This document shows, piece by piece, positions 28,753-41,853 of a stretch of DNA of 64,000 nucleotides; position 1 is the stretch's first letter, and the number at the start of each line of letters is the position of its first letter. Origin of the DNA: Eledone cirrhosa. Its lineage: Eukaryota. The DNA lies in assembly GCA_964016885.1 (NCBI GenBank), contig OZ024755.1, positions 7,378,001 through 7,442,000 on the forward strand, read 5' to 3'. Position numbers and translations under genes: made by a program. Below the pieces are notes generated by a model, which was not told the DNA's origin, did not search any database, and was given only the letters and a program-made list of their open reading frames with translations.

Positions 28753-29524
28753 CAGTGAATGCATTTAAAGCAATAAAGCCTGACCTACAGAAAGTTACTT
28801 ATGACATAATCGTAATGACTTACAAAGGCAGCAACAACGAGTATTTGTAGAAAACAAAGTACCGAAAGACATACTAGATAGAATCACGTCTGACACCATC
28901 CTAACTATTTAGCCTATCTGGGTAGGTAATATATTTATAGATTTCGAAAGGATTTGAACTCAGGGCGCTGAGAGTTGGAGTACATACCACGAAACATTTT
29001 AATCCGACGCTCTTACAACTCTGCTATCTCTTCACATGCACATACTCATATACATATACCACACATACTTATACACACACACCCGTATATATCCACCCAC
29101 CCATACATACACACACGCACGCAATCTCCCTTTCTATCTCACTCACTCATACACATAACGTGTTATCCGCTTATTACTAAACGCTCCGTTTCTAAACAAT
29201 CTACTTTATAAGGTTGTCAATCACGGTAGTAGATCGAATCCTTATCGAAATTTACAGATAAGAGCGCTTATTAAACTAACTCAGTGGAATATCAAATAAG
29301 CTCACCATCGTTGTATTTCGTCCTTATCTTTTAAATGACCGGTGTTTTCATAAACACTGAAAATATTTCTTATCTACCAGCAAATACTGACTGATTCTTC
29401 TCTGTACAATGTATATGTAACGCTTGATGAACGATCTACTCTCTCTCACATACATACACACACATACATACATACATACATACATACATACATACATACA
29501 TACATACATACATACATACATACA

Positions 29525-29553
<29 letters not shown>

Positions 29554-29555
<2 letters not shown>

Positions 29556-29850
29556 GAGGAGTTTACAAATCCAGTATCCAAGATACACCTTTAGCTTCAT
29601 ACCCATCATTATTGGTGCTACGGGTTATATACCAACCCGCTTGGACCAAAGTATGACTGAACTTGGATTTGCGGACAAAAAGCGCAGCTCCCTAATTCAT
29701 AGTCTGCAAATGGCTGCGATAGCTGGCACCTTCAAAATTTGCAAAACATTCTTGCGATTCAAGGGATGACAATTTCTTTTCTTTTACAACCTTGCCACCA
29801 GGAAGGTGGCCGGTCAAAAAAATATACTCGAAATTAAGAGAAAGAGAAAA
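29554..29850 (+). mobile_element. 3' end of an R4/Dong-like (RLE-type) non-LTR retrotransposon in (CATA)n
   Basis: ORF IPIIIGATGYIPTRL..LG..LIHSLQMAAIAGTFKICKTFL* resembles the C-terminus of RLE-clade elements. Short A-rich 3' UTR; (CATA)n on both sides. Confidence 0.65.
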
Positions 29851-30849
29851 CATACATACATACATACATACATACAGACAGACAGATATACAGATATACA
29901 GATAAGCTGAAGTATACTTATTGCAGAAGGTTTACCATATACCTTGGCGAATATGTCACCTTGAAGATGTATCCCAATATTGAATGGAAATGGTGAAAAA
30001 TAAACGGAATAACAGGAGATACTGGAAAACATTACTTTTACATACCTTACCAAGATGTGTTATTAGTGGCTTAGTGATATATAAAATTGTTGATTACTTA
30101 ATAGAGAGTGAGTTATTGATATATAGAGCCTGTTGATGTCTTATAGTCAGTAGCTTAGTTACATAGAAAGACTGTTGAGTCTCTATAGTTAGTGACTTAG
30201 TCACATACAGAAACCGTTGATCTTTTATAGCAAGTAACTTCGTTATACATAGATCATGTTGATAACTTATATGGCTTATTTATATATAGATTATTGATCA
30301 CTTATAGTGGCTTAGTTGAGAACAACAAAATCTATTGAACTTTTTACTATAAATTATATAAGAGCGAGTGATGAAATCGGAAGCGTTGTGAGTTTATAGA
30401 ATTAAATGGTTTTATATTCCATAGCTGTGATTTTGTGTAATATATCACCAATATTTATTTCACATTTCAAAATGAATCGTTAGAGCCACAGATAAAATAT
30501 CTTGCAGTGTATCTTCCACCTTTATGTGTTATGAGTTTAAATCCCATTAAGGTCAGCTTCACCTTTTTACCTTTCGGGACCAATATAGTAAATTATTATT
30601 TCAGTATCAAAGGAATTAGCGGAATGTTTAGAGCAGTATCTGGCAGGTTCCTAGCGTTCTGTACTCTATTGCACCTAGAAATAATGATTAGAAGATATCT
30701 TACTAAATGCTCTCTGATTTGATCAAAGTAATTATCTATAACCTACTTCCATCACCTACTTTCTCAGTACTACAATTGATAATAAATTATTAATCAATTA
30801 AAAAAGCCATTAGCAAAAACCTATTGATTGGTATTGTTTAATATTTCAG

Positions 30850-30954
30850 GGTGTGTCAATACATGTTGTCTCCTGGAATGATGGTAAAGACAATTATGCC
30901 CGTACACAAACTAACTACAATCCCACCATGGTACAGACGAAGGTGTTTGCACAG
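30850..30954 (+). CDS. Adhesion GPCR exon D (GAIN-A insert/linker), phase 0-0
   Basis: atatttcag| acceptor; CAG|gtaagt donor. 35 open codons: GVSIHVVSWNDGKDNYARTQTNYNPTMVQTKVFAQ. Confidence 0.82.
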
Positions 30955-31017
30955 GTAAGTGGAATATGTTTCATCTTCTAATCGATATGGAATGCTAAAT
31001 ACTTTAGGTTACCTATC

Positions 31018-31510
31018 ATAGCTGTAGCTGGTCATATATGTAGCTGGTCATATCTGTAGCTGGTCATATCTGTAGCTGGTCATATCTGTAGCTGGTCGCA
31101 TCTGTAGCTGGTCACATCTGTGGCTGGTCACAGCTGTAGCTAATCACATCTGTAGCTGGTCACATCTGTAGGTGATCGTATTTGTACATGATCACATCTG
31201 TAGGTGATCGTATTTGTACATGATCACATCTGTAGGTGGTCACATTTGTAGGTGGTCATATCTGTAGCTGGTCGCATCTGTAGCTGGTCGCATCTGTAGC
31301 TGGTCGCATCTGTAGCTGATCACATCTGTAGCTGGTCAAATCTGTAGTTGATCACATCTGCAGCTGATCACACATGTAGTTGATCACGTCTGTAGTTGAT
31401 CACGTCTGTAGTTTATCACGTCTGTAGGTGATCACGTCTGTAGGTGGTCACATCTTTAGCAGGTTACATCTTTAGCAGGTTATATCTTTAGCTGGTCATA
31501 TCTGTCGGTG
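31018..31510. repeat. 16-bp minisatellite, about 30 copies
   Basis: Unit tgtagctggtcacatc; starts at 31023, 31039, 31055. Confidence 0.95.
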
Positions 31511-31698
31511 ATCAATCCTGGGTTCAAACGGGGGTAATCACAGTAAGTATGGCAGTTGATACGTTAGTAGAATGTAAACCTCATGTTTAATATAGAAATG
31601 GCTTCTGCAGGTCTAGAACTGTTTCATTAAAAAAATCTCCAGGAAAGACTTCAAGATTTCTTTGGAATGATACAGTTCTAGTCCTGTAGAAGCTATTT

Positions 31699-31736
<38 letters not shown>

Positions 31737-32146
31737 TTTCTATATGTAAATATAAAGTTTGCATTTCACTCCAGAGTGATCCCTTGGCTACGTGTATGTA
31801 TTTGGACAAACGTGTGGATATCTAGGCATATGTTTTCTGTTTCTCCGTGTTAGAACTGTGTACCTACCTGTATATATGCACATACTCATATATACATATA
31901 TATATATACAGACAAACACACACCACACACACATATATATACATGCATATATTCCTGTTTATATTACTGGTTCTTATTCTTTATTCATAAATTTATATGA
32001 ATTTTACCTTTGAGTGGTTTTGTTCTGTAGTAATTCCACCTGAGTTGTGTATTGAGAGAGAGAGAGAGAGAGAGAGATGTATTAGGTTTATTTAGAGTAT
32101 TTGTTTTCTCCTTTGTTTAACACGTTGTTATGGTAACCTTTTTCAG

Positions 32147-32354
32147 CTTGTCACCCGAATAGTGGATAATCTGCTGAACAGAAGAAATGAAGTGGGGTGG
32201 AATGCCACAGAGCCTAGCGGAACGGAGGGGGAAGCTTTAATGTCGGTAATGCGTAACTTTTCTGAAGTTATATCCCGAAGACTTGAATATCATGTAAAAG
32301 ACCGGAAGTTGTCCAAAGGGGAAGCAATGATACGACAGTCAAAAGATAACATTG
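32147..32354 (+). CDS. Adhesion GPCR exon E (GAIN-A), phase 0-1
   Basis: cctttttcag| acceptor; G|gtaact donor. Encodes LVTRIVDNLLNRRNEVGWNATEPSGTEGEALMSVMRNFSEVISRRLEYHVKDRKLSKGEAMIRQSKDNI; VDNLL....W and the terminal DNI are typical GAIN signatures. Confidence 0.9.
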
Positions 32355-32393
32355 GTAACTACAACATTTCATTTCATTAATTTTCTTTCTCTG

Positions 32394-32575
32394 GGCGGTG
32401 GATTGGCAGTATCGGTAGAGGGTCGGACGCCATGCTTTCCAGCATAGTTACGTCCCTTTACAGTCTGAATTCAAATCCCGCCGAGGTTAACTTTTCCTTT
32501 TACTTACGGGGTCGATAAAATAAAGTACCAGTAATGTACTGAGTATTTGCTGGCCTTGTGCCAAAAGTAGAAACA
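32394..32575 (+). mobile_element. SINE family 1 (tRNA-like head), full-length copy
   Basis: B-box-like TTCAAATCC; 17-bp TSD attaattttctttctct (32376-32392 / 32576-32592). Other copies near 3531, 4037, 5958(-), 16145, 16343, 42585(-), 49057, 54670(-), 55808, 58107(-), 59660(-), 61206(-). Confidence 0.85.
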
Positions 32576-33009
32576 ATTAATTTTCTTTCTCTCTCTCTCG
32601 CCTTCCATCTCTCTTTCTCTCTCTCTCGCCTTCCATCTCTCTTTCTCTCCCCTTCCATCTCTCTCTCTCCCCCTTCCATCTCTCTTTCTCTCCCCTTCCA
32701 TCTCTCTCTCTCCCCGTTCCATCTCTCTTTCTCTCCCCTTCCATCTCTGTCTCTCACCCCTTCCATCTCCCTCTCTCTCTTTCATCTCTTTCTCTCTCTT
32801 CCCATCTTTCTCTCTCTTTCCATGTCTCTTTCGCCTTCCATCTCGCTTTCTCTCTCTTTCCACCTTTCACTCTCTCTCTCTCTCCCTCTTTCTATGTCTC
32901 TCTCTCTTTCTCCTTCCCTCTCTCTTTCTCCTTCCCTCTCTCCCTCTCCTTTTTCCTCTCTCTCCCTCTCCATCCAACTTTATCCCTCTCAATCTATCTA
33001 TACCTCGAC

Positions 33010-33054
<45 letters not shown>

Positions 33055-33507
33055 TCTCTCTCCATCTTTCCCTCTCTCTCTCCATCTCTCCCTCTCCCTC
33101 TTTCTCTCTCTCTCTCTCTCACTCTCTCCCTCTCTCCATACATCTATCAATCTCCAATGTTTTGTCTATCCCTTCATATTTCTCCATACATATCTCGTCC
33201 ATCTCTCACCCTCCCTCTCTCCGCCTCCATCTCCCCCATCTCTCCCCCCAGCTCTACCCCATCTCCCCCATCTCCCCCAGCTCTTCCCCATCTCTCTCCC
33301 TCTCCCCTCCTCTCTCCTTCTGTCGTATTTGTTGTTTGATCAAAGAGAAGCTGGTTTAATTAGAAAATATAGTTTCCCTAATTGTTAACACAAACTGATT
33401 TGAATGCGTAATATTACATCTTGTAGTAATACATATATACTGCTAACGTATACTGACATATTAGAAGTATATATGGTTCAAAGCCAATAATGTGAGGAGA
33501 GCGTTGG

Positions 33508-33548
<41 letters not shown>

Positions 33549-33622
33549 ACGCAAGTAAGAAGTAACTATAAGAACGTATCAAATGCGTACAGACACAGTT
33601 ATCTGTAGATGTATATACGTAT

Positions 33623-33665
<43 letters not shown>

Positions 33666-33739
33666 CGTGTGTATATTCTTTCTATATCATTTTTAATAAA
33701 TAAGCAAACATGATTTAAGAAGCTATTTCTGTTATAAAA

Positions 33740-33787
<48 letters not shown>

Positions 33788-34176
33788 CTAGCTATGACAG
33801 ATCAAAGATATACAACACGGGACTGAACGTTAATTTTATACCAGTGCTTTGTTCAATCACCGCTACGTTTGATCAAACACATTGTTTATTTCAACAGGTT
33901 AATTTTTGAGGCCGAGAACCGATAAAGTCTCATTGAATTTGGTCACTTGCTGGTCCCCTCCTCTCTTTATTATAATATAGATTACTGTATAGGTAATTTT
34001 TTAAAAACCATGACTGTTTTTAATCTCTGCTCGATCTCCCATTCGTGGTATGCCCGTATTGGACGCAGGGAAGATTTGTTTTGTATGTTTTGGGGGGTAA
34101 AATCATCGTCCAATAGCTATCTAGAGTGTTTTCATGCGTGTTGTGTTTTTCGCAGCGTGTTTATTAAAGTCCTAAG

Positions 34177-34655
34177 ATGCGCCCAAACGCCTTACACATT
34201 CTAAGGCGTCTGTCAATGGCCCTAAGCGCCAGAAAAAAGGTTAACGCTCCATGAGAAAGTAGAAGTGCTAGATATGCTCCGGCAAGGCAAAAGTTATGCC
34301 GCAGTAGGTCGCTATTATGGCGTCAACGAAAGCCCCATACACTACATAAAGAAGAACGAGGCAGCGATCAGGCCTACCGTAGCAGTAAGTTTCTGTGAAA
34401 GTGTAAAAGGGATAGCGACAGTAAGAAATAAACACTTCGCCCGGATGGAATCTGGTATTGTGGATCAGCGACTGCAAGAAAAACATCCCCTTGAACAGTA
34501 TCATCATCCGCGACAAAGCACGGAGATTATACCAGCATTTCGATAGAGGTCACGGAGCAGAAGGCACCGAAGAACCGCAACCAGGACCATCGACAACACC
34601 GGGGTTCGAAGGTTTTCAAAACCAGCAAGGGGTGGTTTGACCGTTTCCAGAATAA
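34177..34655 (+). pseudogene. Tigger/pogo transposase N-terminal remnant (HTH-psq plus CENP-B HTH), frameshifted
   Basis: LTLHEKVEVLDMLRQGKSYAAVGRYYGVNES.I.YIKKNE. Other frames give WISDC..NIPL...IIRDKARRLY and SKGWFDRF. Confidence 0.8.
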
Positions 34656-34796
34656 TCTTAATAATTAAAAACATACACGCCGACTATAAATCTAAAACTC
34701 ACCACATCATGTTTGACAATTTGTTCGGCTGAACTGGCTGATACGTAATGATTTGCTATTCTAAATGAATTAGAGGTGGTCACCTCACCAAACATT

Positions 34797-34854
<58 letters not shown>

Positions 34855-35045
34855 TAATAAATGTGAAGACTAAAATCCAAAGAGGGCTCAATAAGGATAA
34901 ATATATATCAAATATATAAGAACCCTAGAGCAAATATTTATTAAAATAACAGGTTAAAGTTTAAGCAAAGAATCGCTGCTTCCACCCTTAACGTTAAGGG
35001 TGAAAGCAAAGAATAGCTATTCTTTGCTTAAACTTTAATCTGTTA

Positions 35046-35082
<37 letters not shown>

Positions 35083-37427
35083 TTTCATAATGTTACATAT
35101 AAAAGAAAATATATTTCCATCGCAACTTTTTTTTATGATTCTCAGAAGAGTAAGGTGTTTGCCAAATTAATTTAATTGCGTGAGACGTTTAAAGTAGCTT
35201 GGTAAATCACTAAAGAGATGAAAGGGTTATGTGATTGTTTTGTTTGGTAAGGCGAGACCAGGTAATAATGTTTTTTATTGACTATCGCAGAGTGTTGCTA
35301 ATTATTTTAATGGCGAAATCTCAACTGATTGATTCAATTTTATTCCTAGTAATTATTTTTGTAAAAACGTTTCTAGCATGATAATTAATCCGAAATTTTA
35401 ATCATCTGAGAAAATTACAATAAAGCATTGAGTTATACCCGTCACGATTTGTGACCATCAGCACCACCTACAGACCTTTCAGTGTTCAACTAATTTGTTA
35501 AATGTTTAGTTCTAAGACTTTGAACAAAGACATATCAGTAGGGGTTAAACTGTTTTATTTTTAATAGTTTGTTCTGTTGGAAGAGGCGTACCCATAGCCT
35601 TCACAGGCCCTCAGAGATTGTTGAGAACAATGCTGATGTTCATCTCAAAGCACAAGTCAGATTCAGTAAGAGGAGCAGCGAAAAGAGAGGGAATACCAGA
35701 GAGGTTGACTTTCAAGAGAAGAAATAATTGATACTAGGAAGAGAGGTTTAACATAGTATTTGTGAATATAGTAAGAGGAATAAGCGATTCACGTGAGATT
35801 TGATAGAGATTGTAGAGGCCGTTGTAAGAGCTGCAGAAAATATAGGAATACACAACACCCCTGTAGTCTTGTTGAACGACTCCCTGCCAACCTGTTTCAT
35901 AGCCAATGTTAAATGGAGTCAGGGATGTTAAACACATATACATACACACACATACTCACACATACTCAGAAAGATAGAAAAGAATTGAAACAGTACTTTA
36001 CTTGTCGGGTAAACTTAATCCGTTGCTCGGTTTAACACCACCACTTGGCTCTTGGGTGTGTGTCTTTAGCAGACATCAAGCTGTTGCAAATACTTGAAAT
36101 AGAGTTAGGGTTTCTAGTTTGAATATACCTTCTTCCATTCAACAAGTTTCTAAGTTTCTAAAAAGAAAATTACGGTTAAGGGCACTGCTCTTCAATCCCT
36201 AATTAAACTGCAAAGAAATATTGATCCCGAGGAGATGGGAACGCAAAAAGCAAAGAACCAGAACTAATACTGCAAGGCATCTGTCCACGGCGCTCTAACA
36301 TTTCTACCAATCGAATGCCTTACAAAGTATGTATTACTGGTGTTCAAATTGATTTTTCCCCATATTTCATTTGTATTACATTATTATTAGATTTACTCTC
36401 AGCTATTCGCTAGCTATATTTAAACTCTATTAATATTCATTAAACATGATGTACTCTTTAGCATATGCCGTCAACTTACAAACATATATGGCCTTTAATA
36501 ATCTGTATTTTCTGACTACTTGGATGTCTGTTAAAAATACTGCAATATTTATAGTATATTCCCCCTTCCTATACATTGGATGTGCTAAAAACATTTGATT
36601 ATATTTTTCTGTTTTGTTTATATATCGCTTTTAGTTCTTCGTGGATTTTTTCCCTCTCCTCTCTCCAATAATAATTTTCTGCTTGTGTAAGTAGCTTTTA
36701 AACCTGTTGCAATTTTGAATAATTTACAAGCTTTGTGGACCGGGTTTTTTTTCTTTTCCATCTTTTCATTGTAATCATCTCTCACCCACGTCCTAAATGT
36801 TATACCAGCAGATTTTAAAAGGGATGCAATATTCATACAATTTATACCTAAAGTTATTTCCGGTTTTTTTTTTGTTTATTCCATTGAAGTTACTGTTATA
36901 GTTTTTTTCTCCCAACGAAAGCCACCATCTTCAGCTCTGACTATTTTACCTTTAATGACACATTCATTCAAGCATTAACTTTGTTAGCATTAAATTATTT
37001 AGGTTACTGTTCAATAAATATTTTCCTTTTGTGTATGATAGAAAAATGTGATGATCTCATAAGAATTCTTACACCTTAAAGAAAACGCCTCGCATTAATT
37101 CACATTCAGTGATTATATAGCCTTTGAAAGGAGGAGTTGATGCCATCAGACGGTGTAGTATTGGCCAAGTCACTGTCCATGTATGCTGGCTTCCAGCTTG
37201 TAAAACCACACTTGCTCTATAAACAAAACGAGGCTCGTTCTGCAGCTTTTCCTCTCCTACAAGCTACTGATGTTTCTCTACCTGTCATTCTATTTATTAT
37301 AAGCATTCTTCATGCTGGCTCTGCGGTAGCCAATGAAACCTTTATTTAAAGATTCTAGATTTCATTTCCTAATTTTTGTAAAGTATCACATTTTATTTAA
37401 AAGAATAAAAAAAATAAAAATTAAAGT

Positions 37428-37651
37428 CACTTTCAAATACAATACCTACATTTTGAATGAGTTTTAAAACGTGTAGATCTGATTGGTGCTTAATTGTACT
37501 CCTGTCAGCGTTCACACAAGATAGCTTAAGCCATCTTCGGCACTTTCAAATACAATACCTACATTTTGAATGTTTTAAAACGTGTAGATCTGATTGGTGC
37601 TTAATTGTACCCCTGTCAGCGTTCACACAAGATAGCTTAAGCCATCTTCGG
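37428..37651. repeat. Tandem duplication of 113/111 bp
   Basis: 37428-37540 versus 37541-37651, differing by a 2-bp indel and one substitution. Confidence 0.92.
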
Positions 37652-39172
37652 TTAGTGCCTCCGAAGCATCACGAACATAGGTCTTCGTGCACTGTGCTCA
37701 AAGATGTCCGATGTAGATATTATCAGCCAGCATGATTCCAGCGAGGTGGGGAGGGTCTTAATATACGCGAAACATAATCAAGCCATTCCTCTTTATCAAC
37801 TTTGCTTTGCCATTTAAGCCCACACTCTCGAGATAGGCTCTGGCGCTACAGCATCGATGATGAATTCACTCGTGTGTGACGTCGTAGGTAACGAAACCAA
37901 CGGAGACACATTTTGAGTACGAGTTGGTGGAGTGAATCGACATGGCAGCCGTGACGACTTTCTCAGTTATTTGAAATCTATTGTGTGACGATAGAGGGTT
38001 TGGTGATGGCGAAAGTGATAAGAAAAATTCCACCATGTGTAAATTCATCGCTCCTACTGACAATATCCCGTAGCCATAGATAATTATAGTGCAAAAACTT
38101 GTGAGATATCACACGATCCCATTTGTAAGTGATGGTGGGGATGGTGTGAGCGACGTTTTTGGTATTTAATCTCCCAGTTGTGATCACGTTTCCAAAATTG
38201 TTTCATATCATAACAGTAGCTATTTTACACCGTTTATGTCGCTTAGATCGTTAATAATGTTTTGAAGTGCTTTTTGTTGTTTTTGTTGTTAGAGCGGTCG
38301 TTGGCCTCGTCAGAAAGTAAATACGGACATAACATCAATTGTTGTACGTTAGTGATTGAGAATTATCAAAGAGAAAATACAATCGTTTTATGTTAAACAT
38401 AGCATTAACATTGGCAAACTATTTAAGTGGCGTGGTTTTACAACACTGACATAACACGGATACACATACACACACAGACACACGCACACACTCGGTGAAT
38501 CACACATACACAGAGTAGTAGTAGTAATACTAATTTGTAAGTCTGAGTTTGGTCAGTGGTATCCCGCCGTAGTCCTCGAATAACCTCATGAAGGTGAAGG
38601 GAAGAGAGACGAAAGGGGAACAAGAAAAAGACTAAGGTAGTAGAAGGAAGAAATAAAGGAAGAATAAAAAAGAAGCTAGTAGAAGCAAAAAGGAAGAAGT
38701 TAGGAACAGAAACCTGGGTGGGTAGTGAGAAGGTAAAAGACCAACAACCAGTCAGTTCTTTTGATTCCATTAGTTTTAATCATGGAACTGGAATAATGCC
38801 TTGTTGACAGAAGCCAACACAATAACAGTGTTTAAAAAAACAATATCCACTTCTATCAATTAGATGCAAATATATTCACAGATAACTATCATTTTGTTTT
38901 TACCAAACAAACACATTCTTTCACTTTTCATTTTTGTTAACATTGTTTACGATCATTGGACTGCGGCCATGCTAGAGCGCCGCATTGAAGAGATATAATC
39001 GATTAGATCGACACTAATATTAATATTTCTTCAGGTCTGGTACTTATCTGATCGGTCGTTTTTTGTCGAACCGCTATGTTACGGAAGATGAACATGTACA
39101 CACACGCACGCACGCACACACGCATACATTATATATATATATATACACACATACACACACAAATGTATATAT

Positions 39173-39395
39173 AGACGGGCTTCAGTATAGTTTACGTTTA
39201 CCACATTTCATTTACAAGCATTTTAGTCGAAACACAAAAGTGATCATTCACAGTCAGAAAAACACACAAATATACGATCGATTTTTGCATAGTTTTCGTC
39301 TATTAAACTTTACTCACAAGGTTTTGGTTGACCCGAGGCTACCATAAGATACACTTGCTCAAAGTGTCACTCAGTGGGACTGAACCTAGACCCAC
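39173..39395 (-). mobile_element. SINE family 3 fragments (CORE-like)
   Basis: gacgggcttc...gacccgaggcta...cacttgctcaaagtg...gggactgaacc. Related copies near 39820, 41400(+), 45635, 58650. Confidence 0.55.
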
Positions 39396-39439
39396 GTACA
39401 ATATGTTTAAGTTGCTAAGGTGAGAAATGGCTATATATG

Positions 39440-39745
39440 TACTGTACTGGCACTCCGTCGGTTACGACGACGAGTGTTCCAATTGGAATCAATGGAACAG
39501 CCTGCTCGTGAACTTAACATGCAAGTGGCTGAGCAGTCAACAGACACACGTACCCATAACATAGTTCTCAGGGAGATTGTGTGACACAGAATGTGACATG
39601 GCTGGCCCTTCGAATTATAAGTAGAACTCATTTTTTGCCAGCTAAGTCGACTAGAGCAACGTGAAATAAAGAGTCTAGCTCAAGGACACAACGCACCACC
39701 GGGAATCGAAATCACGATCTTACGACTGTGAGCTGAATACCCTAC
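39440..39745 (-). mobile_element. SINE family 2 (tRNA-derived, CORE-like gtgtccttgagc segment)
   Basis: Minus-strand head with TTCGATTCCC B-box. Partial copies near 11370, 12900, 15865, 19155, 41560, 45480, 54325. Confidence 0.7.
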
Positions 39746-40495
39746 ACCTTCACATGTCCATATATAGTACAATACATATATACCATAAATATTCGCAGTC
39801 ATACACAGAACCACACATGTACGACGGGCTTCCACAGAGTTTCCTTCTATCAATTTTCACTCATATAGCATTTGTTAAAACAGTGGATTGAACTTGAAAC
39901 CACTTTGTAGCGAAATGAACTTCTGAACCACTCAGCCTATCTTAGCCTGCGACGAATGGAAATTATTGCAAAAATTATTTTATTTTTAAATGTGAATGCG
40001 AGCTCTTGCTAAAGTTTTCATAAAGTAGAATCAAAATTTAATTATAAAGACGAATTCTTTGCATAGAAAATGTATTTTTATTTTGAAAATAATTTGTGTT
40101 AAATTGAAATTTCTTTTTATAACGGATTAAATGGAGTCTAGCAGCCAATATTCCATCTGATGTCTAATATGGTTTCTATTTTGAAAACAAATTATCACCG
40201 ATATCAATCACCCTCATCGTCACCACCATTCTCGTCGTCGCTCGCCATTATCCTCTCCAATACCATCATCATCATCACCACCGTCATCATCAATATCGTC
40301 ACTACCATCATCATCGTCACTATCATCACCACCCACCACTATTATGACCACCAACATCATTATAATCACCATCACCACTAACACCACAATCATCCCTGCC
40401 ATTATCGTCACCAGTAGACTAAATAATTCTATGCAATAATGTAAAGGTTAAAGCTATTTTTTTTATATTGTTTATAAATAATTTCAGCAGCCCCA

Positions 40496-40905
40496 GTTAT
40501 CTAAGACAGGAGGTGTAAGACATGTCATTAAATATTAACAGATTGTGTGATAAGACCTATGGCAGGGTTGTCTAAGACTTGAGGTGTAAGATATGTTATT
40601 AACGATTTGCAACAGTTGCTGTGATGAGACTTATAGTAAGGTTGTCTACGGCTTGAGGTGTAAGATATGTTATTAATGATTTGCAACAGTTGCTGTGATG
40701 AGACCTGTGGTAGGGTTGTCTAAGATTTGAGGTGTAAGATGTTATTAACGATTTGCAGCTGTTGATGCGATGAGACTTATAGTAGGGTTGTCTACGACTT
40801 GAGGTGTAAGATATGTTATTAAAGATTAACAACTGTTGCTGTGATGAGACCTATAGTAAGGTCATCTTTGACTGAAGGTATAAGATATATCAGAGATTTA
40901 CAACA
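40496..40905. repeat. ~74-bp tandem repeat, about 5.5 copies
   Basis: gaggtgtaaga recurs at 40510, 40581, 40655, 40729, 40801. Confidence 0.9.
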
Positions 40906-41764
40906 CTTACTCTGGTGGTAGAGTCTTCATGGAACCTGAGAACTTACATGGTACTAATAGTCTTTGTTGTGAAGGAACAGAATTGCATGCGTACAGACAC
41001 AGAAAAGAAAAGAAATCCCAATATTTTTGTTACAGTATAATAGATAAACCTTTGTAATATACTCGCATATTGCAGTAGATAGCCACTTTCAGCAAAACAT
41101 GTATGTACGTACGTATGTATGTATAAAAAACACACGGTGTTGCATAAATGCATAAAGATTGTGTCCCACAGGGTGTCCCACAGGGTGACCCCAACCACCA
41201 GTCCTGTAGAAAGCACAACTCTCTTCTGTTGCCTGTGTCGTAAACCATGCAGATCTATAGCTGATCTACAGTCATCTACGACGTCATGGACACAGATGGG
41301 ATGGTAATGAAGAATCAACAAGAGACATCAATCGTCTGTGAAGACACTGTAATCCTCATATATACGTACGTGCATGTATGTATGTAGATAAATTTGAGCG
41401 TAAAATGACCAAATGGTTGAAATGTTTACTTCACAATCATTACATCCCCAGTTTTAAACCAGAGCATGGCATTTTGAACAAGGGCCATCTAGTATAGACT
41501 CGAGTCGATTCATGTCTTGTGTGTATAACTAGATATAAGGAAACTGTTTGGAAGCTCGTCGGATAGACTACCTATACTGTAAATCAAAGAGCCTTGTCAC
41601 ATACTGTGGCATGCTGAATCTCCCGTAATCTCGGAATTACGTGTTCAGGCTATACGCATCTGTAGGATGCTCAGGCACTTACATATTAATTTCGGAAGAA
41701 GCCTGTTCCGTTGTTCGAATAAATGTATCACTCGTCATCGGAAACAACGGATGTCCATTCTATT

Positions 41765-41806
<42 letters not shown>

Positions 41807-41821
41807 GTACATTTGTATACA

Positions 41822-41853
<32 letters not shown>

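Noticed and set aside
39680-39745. tRNA genes at B-box-containing sites
   Set aside because: Degenerate heads attached to SINE bodies; no full cloverleaf.
40190-40415. His/Ile/Asp-rich ORFs
   Set aside because: Degenerate (CAT/CAC)n microsatellite.
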